A DNA stretch of 64,000 bases from Candidatus Micrarchaeota archaeon (GCA_038046805.1 JBBSVO010000001.1:453-64452), one strand, 5' to 3'. Positions 1 to 9,959 are shown, counted from the first letter of the stretch. Numbers and translations: made by a program. The notes: generated by a model from the sequence alone, not told the origin.

Positions 1-540
1 GCCATTGGTTACGAGGAAGATGCTACGGACTTCACGATTTTTTTTCAGTGCCGCAATCATTTCCGGAAGATATGGATAAATCGTAGGCTCACCTGAAAGG
101 GAAATTGCCCAATGAGAAGGAAATTTGGAAAAAGATATGTCAAATAAAGCGCGGTTTGCATCATGTGCCCCGCCAATCCCGCTCATGATTTTCTTGCGCG
201 CAGCAACACAACCTGAGATTATTTCCTCTGGCGAATCCGCCTCTTTCTTTTTCATTTTTGCAAACCGCATCCATTCCATTGGTCGCCAGCAGAACGTGCA
301 ATTTTCCTGGCACCATGCAAGAGCAGGACTCATCTGGCAGCAGCGATGGCAATCGATTCCATAGAATTTTTGTTTGTAGCAGACACCTTTTCCGCGCAAT
401 GCCTTTCTTGTCCATGTGCAGATTTGGACTCCTGAATGATTTCCGGCAAAGCCATACGTTGCCGAGGCAAATTTTTTCCGTGCGGTGTCACTGAGAACTA
501 GTTTTTTATTTGAACTTTGAGTTGAAGAAGCGGAATTCAA
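1..540 (-). CDS. taw1: 4-demethylwyosine synthase (Taw1/TYW1, radical SAM), runs off the left edge
   Basis: Manual translation (not in ORF track): TTG start at 540 after AGGTGA; HSGVQICTWT..CYKQKFYGIDCHRCCQMSP..WCQENCTFCWRP (CxxxCxxC)..AISLSGEPTIYP..FLVTNG. Confidence 0.92.
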   Translation of the reverse strand, partial: MNSASSTQSSNKKLVLSDTARKKFASATYGFAGNHSGVQICTWTRKALRGKGVCYKQKFYGIDCHRCCQMSPALAWCQENCTFCWRPMEWMRFAKMKKKEADSPEEIISGCVAARKKIMSGIGGAHDANRALFDISFSKFPSHWAISLSGEPTIYPYLPEMIAALKKNREVRSIFLVTNG

Positions 541-555
541 GATATATCACCTGTT

Positions 556-1425
556 TTATCTTACTGGCAGTGTCGCAGTCTGTTCATGCTGACGATACGC
601 TTCGCGAAGCGCGGCTGTAAAATTTATCGCCCTGCCGGAGTTTATTTCAGAGCGTATTTCATAATGCAGATGCGTCGGAGATTTGCTTCTGCGCTCTAAA
701 CCGGTGCGCGCTACATCTCCAATGCGTGTGCCTGCAGATACGAACTGCCCTGTGCGAACAGACATGTTACCCATGTGCATATAATGGTGGTATAACCCCG
801 CATGGTCATGAATAACTACATAGTTTCCGCCCTTTCCGCCAGGATCTCTATCTACTTTTACAATTTCTCCGGAAGTTGAAGAATAAACTGGGGTTCCGCC
901 ACGACAGGAGATATCTATGCCACGATGACTATGGGCAGGAACAACTTCTCCGCCTGTAGTAGTGTATTCCTCACGCGTTGCCCCAAAATTATACGCTGGT
1001 TTATGGCCTAAAATAGGTGGATGTTCAAGAACAAATGGCGAGGAGATCGATTTTCTAGTAACAGTTGCCTTGCCAGGCTCAATAATAGCAGGCATTATAA
1101 CTGGAATTAGTTTTGGAAGCGGCTTGAGAAGACCAGAAGTATTGGCACTTGCAAATGCACGAATAGTTTCAAGTGACAAAATGCCATTTGGATTTAGGAT
1201 TATCGCTTTGCCATGTTCGTCTTTCATGCCAAGGTCATTTATTTTCTCTTGCATAAGTTGAACCGCAAGACGCATGTGTGAACCAGATTTCTCTTCAGAT
1301 ATTGGACGACAGATGATAACCCCAGTGTCAATCATTCTATTGAGAAATCCGCGAAGCTGGCTAAACTGTTCTGGAGTAAGCTCAGGCTCTGCGTCATGTT
1401 TTGGTTTTCCCATAGTATGATCCAC
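556..1425 (-). CDS. M23 family metallo-endopeptidase with probable N-terminal peptidoglycan-binding domain
   Basis: HRGIDI (HxxxD), GGNYVVIHD, YMHM, PTHLHYEIR (HxH); N-terminal VQLMQEKINDLG..NPNGILSLETIRAF resembles PG_binding_1. Confidence 0.88.
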   Translation of the reverse strand: MDHTMGKPKHDAEPELTPEQFSQLRGFLNRMIDTGVIICRPISEEKSGSHMRLAVQLMQEKINDLGMKDEHGKAIILNPNGILSLETIRAFASANTSGLLKPLPKLIPVIMPAIIEPGKATVTRKSISSPFVLEHPPILGHKPAYNFGATREEYTTTGGEVVPAHSHRGIDISCRGGTPVYSSTSGEIVKVDRDPGGKGGNYVVIHDHAGLYHHYMHMGNMSVRTGQFVSAGTRIGDVARTGLERRSKSPTHLHYEIRSEINSGRAINFTAALREAYRQHEQTATLPVR

Positions 1426-1507
1426 CCATCGTTTAATTTAAACTTTACATTTACATTAATGTTTACTTATGATAACTTTATAATCCCTTCCTCAGATAAA
1501 TGATTAT

Positions 1508-2221
1508 ATGAAAGTTGCGCAGCTTTTTATACCAAAACCTAGGCCCGAGAATGCCACACAAATTGCAACCAGGATATTCCGCTCGGAAAAGGCAATATGC
1601 ACAAGTTGTGCGCAGTGTTGCAAGGGAACAAAAAGCATTGGAATCCACAGCAAAGAACCAGAATATGAGGGATTACTCGCCTTGGCAAGAGAACATGGAG
1701 CAACTGCAACAACTGCACTAGATGGAACTGCATTGGTTTTCCCGGACGATACGTGCGTTTTCCTGCATGAAATACCGGGCGCCGGCATAACCACGCTTCA
1801 AATATGCGAGATTCATAAGAAACCGATAAAACCCTGGGTGTGCACAATATTTCCATTTATTATGAAAGATTTGGCGACTGCCGACGGAACCGTGCGAACG
1901 GTTGTAGCACTGACCGCATCATGCCCTCCGGTTGCAGAACTTGTTGCTGCTGGAATAAACTGGCTGGAGCCAAGGGAATGCGTTACCTATGAAGAGCGCG
2001 AATTCAAAAAAGGAGTAACTTATTTCGTTCCAGTATCGCACATCCCGCTTCTTGGCGATGCATTATGGCCACTTATAAAATTTGGCAATGACGGGCATTC
2101 AATACTCGTACTGATGAGCGGAAAATCTGAGATAAATGGCTATTTTCTGAAAGACCGTGATGGAAGGAGTATTATACCTATTATTGAAAATTCGCCACTG
2201 AGAAAGCCGATTGATTTCTGA
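1508..2221 (+). CDS. YkgJ/CxxCxxCC family cysteine-cluster protein
   Basis: CTSCAQCC, CVFL, CEIHKKPIKPWVCTIFPF. Confidence 0.75.
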   Translation: MKVAQLFIPKPRPENATQIATRIFRSEKAICTSCAQCCKGTKSIGIHSKEPEYEGLLALAREHGATATTALDGTALVFPDDTCVFLHEIPGAGITTLQICEIHKKPIKPWVCTIFPFIMKDLATADGTVRTVVALTASCPPVAELVAAGINWLEPRECVTYEEREFKKGVTYFVPVSHIPLLGDALWPLIKFGNDGHSILVLMSGKSEINGYFLKDRDGRSIIPIIENSPLRKPIDF

Positions 2222-2316
2222 CAAGAGGATTTCTGACTAGAATAGAGGATAACAACAGTTTTGTTCCGCTTTCCGACCACTTTTGGCGATTTATGGACTG
2301 TTTTCTGAACAAAAGT

Positions 2317-2811
2317 TTATTTTTCCTCTGAACAGGGAGGGTTACGAAGCAGTGGTTTTCCAGTTAACGGGTCAAAAACAATACCCATATTCCTCAGATT
2401 TGGTCCTGTTGAATCTTCTATTAGACTTATCTGGAAACCCTCACCGATACGACGACCTAAGTTGTCCCATGTTCTTATGTTTACACCTGCTGGCGAGAAT
2501 GAAGATACGTACCTTCCGGATGTTTCGTGTGTTATACTGGCCGCAGTTAGCGCATCATCTCTAAACTTTTTCTCATCAGCCGTAATTGGTTTACTCGTAG
2601 GAGGACTATCTACTGTACAGTCCCAACCTCGACCCGACTCATCAGTCTTTTGATCTTGTGGTTTTACGTTTTCTGGATTTCCCATTGCGCCTTCAGTCGT
2701 AAGAGATTTAGACGACAAACTCGCCTTCACAGCAAACGCAAGAGCAACAGCCCTTACCTTCATTCCATGAAGTACTTCCCTGCATTTTCCTGGTTTTTGA
2801 GCTTCAATCAT
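2317..2811 (-). CDS. hypothetical protein
   Basis: 164-aa ORF filling the gap, TATA-like sequence upstream; no motif recognised. Confidence 0.5.
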   Translation of the reverse strand: MIEAQKPGKCREVLHGMKVRAVALAFAVKASLSSKSLTTEGAMGNPENVKPQDQKTDESGRGWDCTVDSPPTSKPITADEKKFRDDALTAASITHETSGRYVSSFSPAGVNIRTWDNLGRRIGEGFQISLIEDSTGPNLRNMGIVFDPLTGKPLLRNPPCSEEK

Positions 2812-2867
2812 ACGTAACCGTTGGATATAATAGTGCTCAAAAGGATATTTAAACCTATCCTTTCCAT

Positions 2868-3812
2868 CTACGACAACTTAATAAACCCCTCAACCATTTC
2901 CTTTATCCCATCCTTTAGTGGTCGAGGATTGAATCCAAGCGATTTCTTTGCTTTATCAGAATTAAAGACCCGGTCACTGGCAAGAATCAAAATATGTTCG
3001 GTGGTAACCTTTGGCTTTGTTTTTGAAAGCATTGCCTTTGATTGCTCAAACTGCGCGAACATCAGTGCGAAATCAAGCGGAACAAAATCAGATGGCGCTG
3101 AAACCCCGAGAAATTCCGCGGCAATGGAAAGAAGTTCCTGTTGTTTTAACGATTCTCCGCAAACAACGTAGATTCCAGGACTGACTTTACGCACATCCAA
3201 CGCGCCGGCCACTGCCTTTGCTACGTCCGAGACATGAACAAATGGGACGCGGTTCTGCCCATGACCAATGATTTTCATTGAACCATTTTTGATTTGGGAA
3301 AGAATCATGTTGTAATCGCTAAAACCAGGACCATAAATTGTTCCTATTCGCAAGACAACAGAGTTCGGATTGGAATCAGAAATGATTTTTTCAGCTTCAA
3401 GCTTTGTTGCTGCATAGGGAGAATCTGGATTTATCGGAGTATTCTCATCTGCAGGAACAACGCGGATTAACTTACCGTACACGGAAATGGAACTCGCAAA
3501 AACAATGCGCGCGGATTTCGGAGTTGCAGAAACAAGACGGCGAGTGAGCTCGACATTTGCAACCTTAAGCTCGACTGGATCAAGAAAATTCATTGAACCT
3601 GCGAGATGTATGATCGCACTGGCATCGCCAAGTATTTTTACCAAACTTTCTGAACTAAAATCAGTTATTATTTCGTTTTTTAATCCGCATTTTACCCTAA
3701 CTAATGGAATCGCTGCTGGAAGAAGCCTCAGGACTTCTTTTCCCAGTCTCCCGGTTGCCCCGGTCAAATAGATTTTGCCTGTTTCCGGTTTGTTGGTTCT
3801 TCCTTTCGCCAT
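2868..3812 (-). CDS. NAD-dependent epimerase/dehydratase (extended SDR)
   Basis: IYLTGATGRLG, IIHLAG, ASSISVYG, YAATK (YxxxK); start taken at MAKGRT (3812). Confidence 0.88.
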   Translation of the reverse strand: MAKGRTNKPETGKIYLTGATGRLGKEVLRLLPAAIPLVRVKCGLKNEIITDFSSESLVKILGDASAIIHLAGSMNFLDPVELKVANVELTRRLVSATPKSARIVFASSISVYGKLIRVVPADENTPINPDSPYAATKLEAEKIISDSNPNSVVLRIGTIYGPGFSDYNMILSQIKNGSMKIIGHGQNRVPFVHVSDVAKAVAGALDVRKVSPGIYVVCGESLKQQELLSIAAEFLGVSAPSDFVPLDFALMFAQFEQSKAMLSKTKPKVTTEHILILASDRVFNSDKAKKSLGFNPRPLKDGIKEMVEGFIKLS

Positions 3813-6800
3813 AATTATAGGATATGGATTGCAGTTTTTTAAATTGCGGCTTTTCAGAACTTCCTTTGCCAAAACCACCCCTGTTGCGGAACAGATAGAT
3901 TAGAATTACACCTATAACAAAAGTTGCGGAAAGCGCGAGAACAATCATGCCTTGGGATTTGTCAGTTCCTGTTTCAGATTCTGCAAGGGAAACGAGCGCA
4001 CTTTCAGTTTTAAGGGCCTTAACATAGTCTCCTTTTTCGATATAGTTCGATGCCTTTGCCATTCCCTGGTTGAATTTCTTCAGAGTTTGTTCACTCCATG
4101 AACCAAATTTGGAGGATTTCAATGCATTCAGCTGGGAGTATTCGCTATTCGCACGGCTTGAAAGGAACAAAATGGTTTCGTTCATTTTTGAGAATGATTC
4201 ATCAAGCGAACCTAGTGCTGAATGCAAATCCGAAGCTGTCGCTGCTTTCTTAGCAAGCTCTTTCTGCAATGCAGATGGATCAACCTTAAATGCCCAGGAG
4301 AATGTAGATGTTTTTCCTTCTGCGTATTCTTTTGAATAGTGCTCTAGAATTTCGGAAATAGATGATTTGACTGTATCTAGTTGTGATAAAAGTGATGCCT
4401 TTACGCCCTCCATTTCATTTTCCTTTTTCATAACTACGTCGCGTACAGAAGACAATGTCCCAAGCAGGTTGATAGCATCTGAAAGAGAGCCACTCCCCTC
4501 AAATATAGCAGAAGATTTTTCAAAATCAGGGAATTCTTTTGGAAGCCCAGATACAGACGATGCATTTGAAAGCAGGATGTATTTGTCTTTTAGCTTGCGG
4601 AATTCTGATTCGGCATCATTGAACTGTGCGGACATCTGTTTGCCAAGCCACTTCTTATCTAGTTTGGAAAGAGCATCTTCGGCCTGTTCGTTGGTCATGT
4701 TCGAAACTGAAAAGAGCGCGCTTTCAAGAACTGATTTTCTTGCCTGAAGTTTTGAAAGGAACTGACTATCCGTAGTTTCATTCAGGCTCATGAATTCCGA
4801 ACCGGATACAACACCATTTATTTCATCCTTTTCCAAAGCCAGTTCACGCACGAGCTTTGATACGGACGAGGAAAGTGCTGACGATGAGACCTCGCTCAGA
4901 AGAGATGAGACACGCTTTTGCTCTAGAAGGGAAATTGCAGATAAGGTATCGTTTCCTGCGAGTTTTGAGGAAACCATCGCCGCATCGGTTGAGTTTAATT
5001 TTGAAAGAACCGAAAGCTGCTCGGCCACATACTCCTTGGAATTATCAACAGCATACTTAACGCGGATTTTGGTTGCCTTGTTTTTCTTAAGGAAAAGGAC
5101 GTCAAAGCCAAACAGGCCATTGCCAAGCTCGCGCTTGTTTTCAATTGCCTCTCCAGTGTAGGCAAATAGAACAAACGACTTTACGTGGTCGCTCCAGTTA
5201 CCATTTACGATTAGGGTTGCGCGGTCAATATCCAATTTAGGAATTATTGAAAGATCATAGCTTACTTCCGAAGATGTGCCCTCGGCCTTTACGCTGAAAT
5301 TACCAGATTCTGTGGAAAAGGCATTCGTGGCTGATGAAACTGACCTGAGTATGTGCGGACCTTTTTCGAGTAGTTTTGAGCCGCCTCGCAATTCAAGGCC
5401 ATCGATGTAAACTTCGCTGGTAGATTCCGATGCAGATTCGTATGCAAAACGACCATTGACCAGCAGATTGAAGGTTGTTGTTTCCTCAATCTGCGCAGTG
5501 GCATCTGATTGTGCAACTATGCTGGCGGACTTTTTCGAGGTGTATGCTAGAACTGCTTTTTTTCCGATTCCAAACTGGATTGTTTCATAAGCAGATATAT
5601 TTTTCAGGACAATTTCCATTCCGTTTGTCTGTAAAAGAGTTATTTTGCTTTCGCCAGATGAAGAAGAAAACAGGGAAGCATCCGCAAAATCAATAGAGGA
5701 TGAAAGTGGAATGCGCACATTTTCCGCTGAGAAGCCGGTCGGATTGTGGACCGTAGCACTAATAGTCGCATTTACAAGTTCGTCGAGAATAATCGGGCTG
5801 AAATATTCACTGGAGGAAACAACCAGGTTTGATTCTACGATTTTGTGTGAAGAGGAGAATATTTTCTCGCTGATGTATGAATACTTTGATTCGATTTGCG
5901 CGAGTTTTCCTATGCTATCAGGATAGACGAGCGTTCCGTCCTTGTAAAACGCCCCGGATTCCACTGAAGACATGTCAAATATCAGATCCCCAAGAAACTC
6001 TGAACCAAGAGAAACCTGGTAAAGAAGCTCCGCACGCTCTTGTTCCAGAGCACCATATTGCAAGCGGGCTTTTTCAATAATTGACTCGCGAAGCTCGGAA
6101 ACAAGCGCCACTGCCCAATCCGCACCTGAAAGCACGTCACTCTTAATTACAGAGAGCATTTTCTTTTCGTATTCTACATCAATTGAATCCTTCTGCGCAT
6201 TTTTCAGAAGCAGAGAAAGGGATTCCGCTTCTGCACCCGCATCTGCCTCCTTTTCTGCGGAAACTGTTGTGAGTTTATTCCTTGCCGAACGTGCAAGCGA
6301 AGCGGATTTATCATAAAAAACGAATTTTTTTCCGAGAGTAGTTGCAGCATCACCACTTGAGAGTGCAAGAGTGGCATTTACATAAAGTGAGCGGGCGATT
6401 GAATTTGCAGGATGACCTGATGCAGCAGACTCAAATGACGAAATTTCCATTTCTGCTTCCTCCCGTGCCATGGAAACTACTTTTTCCGAATCCACAGACA
6501 GGATTTCAGAATCATTTGAAATCGCACCGAAAAGTTCTGCCGAATCCCTGAGAAAATGAATCGAATTTTTCAAATATCCAATCTTTTTGGATGATAAAAA
6601 GAAATCTGCCTGCGCAGCCATGGCTTCTGCTTTTTTCTGCGCATCCTTCAGCATGGAAAGCCGGTATGAAACAGTATATGCCTGCGCCTCGCTGAATACA
6701 CTTGATTTTACAGGGGCGGAAATCAAATGCACGTCCTGGCCGTCTAGTTTCGCCAATGAAGAGGATATTAAGGATCGCACCTGAAGCAGTGACGATTTAA

Positions 6801-7608
6801 GGGCAGTATGTTCCGCAAAACTGTTTTGAGTGGCGTTGAGCATCAGAGAACGCAGGAAGATTGAGTCTGCAAGAGAACCATCTGGTTTCCAGACAAGATT
6901 CACCATTTCATCAGAAGCGGACAGATTCGGAACAGCCATATAGACGGCTTTTTTCAATTTGGAAACAAGGGCGGCGGCTTTATCGTGTTCGGAAAGATCT
7001 CCGGTTGAAACCCCGGAAAATGCAGGAACTATTGTATCGCAGGAACTGGAAGAAGAACCGTAAAAATCAACATCACAGATTCCGAGATAATCCAATTCAG
7101 CAAAATCCTTTTTTGCCAAAAGCCAGGCAGAATCTGAAAGCTCTGCACTCCTGCCAAGCAAAAGAACTGCGTTAGTCATTGTGTTCTTCCAATAATAGCC
7201 ATAGCTTGCACATTCCGAAAAGGAATGGGAAAACAATTCTTTTGCAAAGAACTGGGCTATTTGGGAGTTAAACACCGGGAAGCCACCGGCAGATGGGTTT
7301 CCTGAAACAGTGGAAAGAACAGAATTGCACTGCACAATGGAATTATCGCTCTTATTTTTCCATTCGAGTGCGGAAATTAGATAATCCCTTGATTTATCGT
7401 CATAAATATCTCCTGCACCTTCAAATGAAAGCGTGATTGATGAAATTGATGCGTGCATTGCATTGAAATCCCAGATAGAAACCCCGAAAACATTGAAAAT
7501 ATGCGGATTGTTGCTTCCCCAGACTGCAGTTTCCCAAGGGGTATCTATGGACGCGGAAAACGCAGAAACAGACAGTGCTGACAGAATGAAGAAAACCAGA
7601 ATTCGCAT
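3697..7608 (-). CDS. large secreted, C-terminally membrane-anchored protein
   Basis: 1303-aa ORF; N-terminal signal peptide, helical Ala/Ser/Leu-rich segments, beta-rich middle, TM helix (MIVLALSATFVIGVILIYLF) followed by basic tail. Confidence 0.8.
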   Translation of the reverse strand: MRILVFFILSALSVSAFSASIDTPWETAVWGSNNPHIFNVFGVSIWDFNAMHASISSITLSFEGAGDIYDDKSRDYLISALEWKNKSDNSIVQCNSVLSTVSGNPSAGGFPVFNSQIAQFFAKELFSHSFSECASYGYYWKNTMTNAVLLLGRSAELSDSAWLLAKKDFAELDYLGICDVDFYGSSSSSCDTIVPAFSGVSTGDLSEHDKAAALVSKLKKAVYMAVPNLSASDEMVNLVWKPDGSLADSIFLRSLMLNATQNSFAEHTALKSSLLQVRSLISSSLAKLDGQDVHLISAPVKSSVFSEAQAYTVSYRLSMLKDAQKKAEAMAAQADFFLSSKKIGYLKNSIHFLRDSAELFGAISNDSEILSVDSEKVVSMAREEAEMEISSFESAASGHPANSIARSLYVNATLALSSGDAATTLGKKFVFYDKSASLARSARNKLTTVSAEKEADAGAEAESLSLLLKNAQKDSIDVEYEKKMLSVIKSDVLSGADWAVALVSELRESIIEKARLQYGALEQERAELLYQVSLGSEFLGDLIFDMSSVESGAFYKDGTLVYPDSIGKLAQIESKYSYISEKIFSSSHKIVESNLVVSSSEYFSPIILDELVNATISATVHNPTGFSAENVRIPLSSSIDFADASLFSSSSGESKITLLQTNGMEIVLKNISAYETIQFGIGKKAVLAYTSKKSASIVAQSDATAQIEETTTFNLLVNGRFAYESASESTSEVYIDGLELRGGSKLLEKGPHILRSVSSATNAFSTESGNFSVKAEGTSSEVSYDLSIIPKLDIDRATLIVNGNWSDHVKSFVLFAYTGEAIENKRELGNGLFGFDVLFLKKNKATKIRVKYAVDNSKEYVAEQLSVLSKLNSTDAAMVSSKLAGNDTLSAISLLEQKRVSSLLSEVSSSALSSSVSKLVRELALEKDEINGVVSGSEFMSLNETTDSQFLSKLQARKSVLESALFSVSNMTNEQAEDALSKLDKKWLGKQMSAQFNDAESEFRKLKDKYILLSNASSVSGLPKEFPDFEKSSAIFEGSGSLSDAINLLGTLSSVRDVVMKKENEMEGVKASLLSQLDTVKSSISEILEHYSKEYAEGKTSTFSWAFKVDPSALQKELAKKAATASDLHSALGSLDESFSKMNETILFLSSRANSEYSQLNALKSSKFGSWSEQTLKKFNQGMAKASNYIEKGDYVKALKTESALVSLAESETGTDKSQGMIVLALSATFVIGVILIYLFRNRGGFGKGSSEKPQFKKLQSISYNYGERKNQQTGNRQNLFDRGNRETGKRSPEASSSSDSIS

Positions 7609-7689
7609 CAGGAACGATTGTGAGGGGGAACGTTTTAAAGAGTATCTCGGGATAGTAAGATTAGTAACTACTTGTAGGTGGGTGTTTTG

Positions 7690-8700
7690 ATGAGAATAGC
7701 CATTAGCGGATTTGGACGAATAGGAAAGATGTTTCTAAGGGCAGTAGTAGCACAGGGAGTGCTTGGAAAAGAAATAGAAATCGTTGCAATAAATACCAGA
7801 AGTGCTGTGGAAATGCATGCACATTTGTTCAAGTATGATTCCGCGTTTGGAAAATTTGATGGTACTGTGGAAGTGAAAAATGAAAACCTAATCATAAACG
7901 GATATGAAATAAAGTGGATACGTGAAACAGACCCGCTCAAACTCCCATGGAAAGACATGAACGTGGACCTTGTGCTGGAGAGCAGTGGGGAATTCACAAA
8001 AAGGGCCGACGCCGAAAAGCACCTGAACGCAGGTGCAAAATTTGTTCTTATTTCTGCGCCGGGAAAGGGAGTTGATGCGACAATAGTTCTGGGAGTAAAC
8101 GAGGAAAAATTTGACCAGGCTACTATGAAAGTTGTTTCACTCGCATCCTGTACTACAAACTGCCTTGCGCCAGTTCTGAAGGTTCTTGATAAAAAATTCG
8201 GAATAGAATGCGGATTCCTTAGTACGGTTCATGCATATACCAATGACCAGAGACTTCTCGATGGAAGCCATGAAAAGGACTGGAGACGGGCAAGGGCAGG
8301 AGCAGTGAATATCATTCCGACAAGCACTGGCGCTGCAAAGGCAGTTGGAGAGGTATTGCCGCAATTGAATGGGAAGATGGATGGAATTGCATTCAGAGTT
8401 CCTGTACCAGATGGTTCAATGAATGATATGTCGCTTATGCTAAAGAACGCAGCAAGTGCGGAACAAATCAATGAGGAATTAAAGCGCGCGAGCCATGACG
8501 AGCTGCGCGGAATACTGGAATACACCGAAGAACCTATCGTTTCGAGCGATATTATTGGAAATCCACACTCGGCAATAGTAGATGGCCTGCTTACAAAGGC
8601 GATTGGAAATCTCGTCAAGGTCTCGGCATGGTATGATAACGAATATGGATATTCAAACAGGCTTGTTGATTTCGTGAAGCTGGTTGGAAGGAAGAAATAG
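7690..8700 (+). CDS. gap: glyceraldehyde-3-phosphate dehydrogenase, class I (bacterial type)
   Basis: GFGRIG, ASCTTNCLAP, NIIPTSTGAAKA, AWYDNEYGYS. Confidence 0.96.
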   Translation: MRIAISGFGRIGKMFLRAVVAQGVLGKEIEIVAINTRSAVEMHAHLFKYDSAFGKFDGTVEVKNENLIINGYEIKWIRETDPLKLPWKDMNVDLVLESSGEFTKRADAEKHLNAGAKFVLISAPGKGVDATIVLGVNEEKFDQATMKVVSLASCTTNCLAPVLKVLDKKFGIECGFLSTVHAYTNDQRLLDGSHEKDWRRARAGAVNIIPTSTGAAKAVGEVLPQLNGKMDGIAFRVPVPDGSMNDMSLMLKNAASAEQINEELKRASHDELRGILEYTEEPIVSSDIIGNPHSAIVDGLLTKAIGNLVKVSAWYDNEYGYSNRLVDFVKLVGRKK

Positions 8701-8840
8701 AGAACAGGAAATGACGGCATACCAGTTCCCCATCCCACCGCAATCGTTTAAATATCTTCCAGAAATAGAGAATTAGAGTGTTAACATGGCATGGAGGAAA
8801 CAGTGGTTTCCGACAGTATAAAAATTCAATGGGAATTTTT

Positions 8841-9086
8841 ATGGCATATATCGAGAGTCTTTTAACAGGAATATCAACGACATTGAAAAGTGTTGGCGGG
8901 ATTCTTTCGCTTATTCTTATCGTGCTCGCCGGCATAGTATATGGACTGTCTAATACCCAGCCTGCGGAAGTAAGGGGAAAATGGCAGACCGTAGCAGTTG
9001 GGCTTTTTGTTGGCGGAATGATAATGGCTGCAGTTGTAATGAGCGCAGGGGCAATTCAGGAGGAATCAAGCAAGCTGCTTACGTAG
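8841..9086 (+). CDS. small two-helix membrane protein, VirB2/TrbC pilin-like
   Basis: ~81 aa, two hydrophobic helices separated by a short polar loop (SNTQPAEVRGKW). Confidence 0.55.
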   Translation: MAYIESLLTGISTTLKSVGGILSLILIVLAGIVYGLSNTQPAEVRGKWQTVAVGLFVGGMIMAAVVMSAGAIQEESSKLLT

Positions 9087-9156
9087 ATATACAAAACCGA
9101 CTAAGTAATATCGATTTTCATTTTGCGATTTTATCTAGTTGGTTTTGTATAGATTG

Positions 9157-9179
9157 ATCCAACTAAAAAAGTTGGATCT
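9157..9179. terminator. inverted repeat between convergent genes
   Basis: gatccaact-aaaaa-agttggatc. Confidence 0.45.
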
Positions 9180-9188
9180 GGATATTAC

Positions 9189-9959
9189 TTATTTGGATAT
9201 TCCGAAACGCAGGCGGAACAAAAACAGAATATAACCGATTACTGTCATAACTCGTGAGCGGGTGCTCGCAGACCAGTTTGAAACCCCGTGCTTTCTTTCG
9301 AGGAAATTTACCGGAACTGTTACAATTGAAAATCCACTTCTTAATGCGACATATTGCACGTAAAAATCAAAATTAAAATCATTTGGCGGTGCAGGATTGT
9401 GCATAAATGCCATGAGAGAACGATGGAAAACTTTTGGCTGGCCGTTTATATCATTAAATCGCCCGAGATTGAAGAATAAAAGATTGGATAATGTAAGGAA
9501 CATGACCGAAAGAAACGGACTTCTTCCAATCCGGTCTCCCTTAACAAGGGTTTTTTGCATATTCGGATTCGCGGAACTTTTTAATTTTTTGTATGCCGCT
9601 ATGACATCTCCTGCATCGCATTGTTGATCGGCATGGGAATACGCAAGAGATTCTCCGCGAGCGTTCCTGAGACCGGATAAGACCCCAAAACCATACCCGA
9701 TGTTCTTATCCACTTTTACGGTTCTGGCAAAAAAATAATCCGAATTTTTCAATTCATTGGAGATTACCTGCGCGGAATTATCTGTAGATCCATTATCAAC
9801 AAGCACCAATTCTGCATTTATTCCGCTTCCTGACAAGACGGCTGCATATCTGCGAAGAACGTCGGAAATGTTCTTCTCCTCATTGTAACATGGAAGGATG
9901 ATTGATAATTCTGGTCCGCGGTTACTGCCGCAATTATCGTCGTTAGCGCTCATGCTCAT
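9189..9959 (-). CDS. glycosyltransferase family 2 (Dol-P-Man synthase-like)
   Basis: LSIILPCYNEE, LVDNGSTD, NIGYG, HADQQ; start at 9959 or 9953. Confidence 0.9.
   Translation of the reverse strand: MSMSANDDNCGSNRGPELSIILPCYNEEKNISDVLRRYAAVLSGSGINAELVLVDNGSTDNSAQVISNELKNSDYFFARTVKVDKNIGYGFGVLSGLRNARGESLAYSHADQQCDAGDVIAAYKKLKSSANPNMQKTLVKGDRIGRSPFLSVMFLTLSNLLFFNLGRFNDINGQPKVFHRSLMAFMHNPAPPNDFNFDFYVQYVALRSGFSIVTVPVNFLERKHGVSNWSASTRSRVMTVIGYILFLFRLRFGISK

Noticed and set aside
125-494. Short ORFs listed at the left edge
   Set aside because: Explained by the taw1 frame that runs off the window
2821-2848. ttggatataa resembling the left arm of an archaeal dif site
   Set aside because: No matching right arm after the spacer; better explained as promoter sequence
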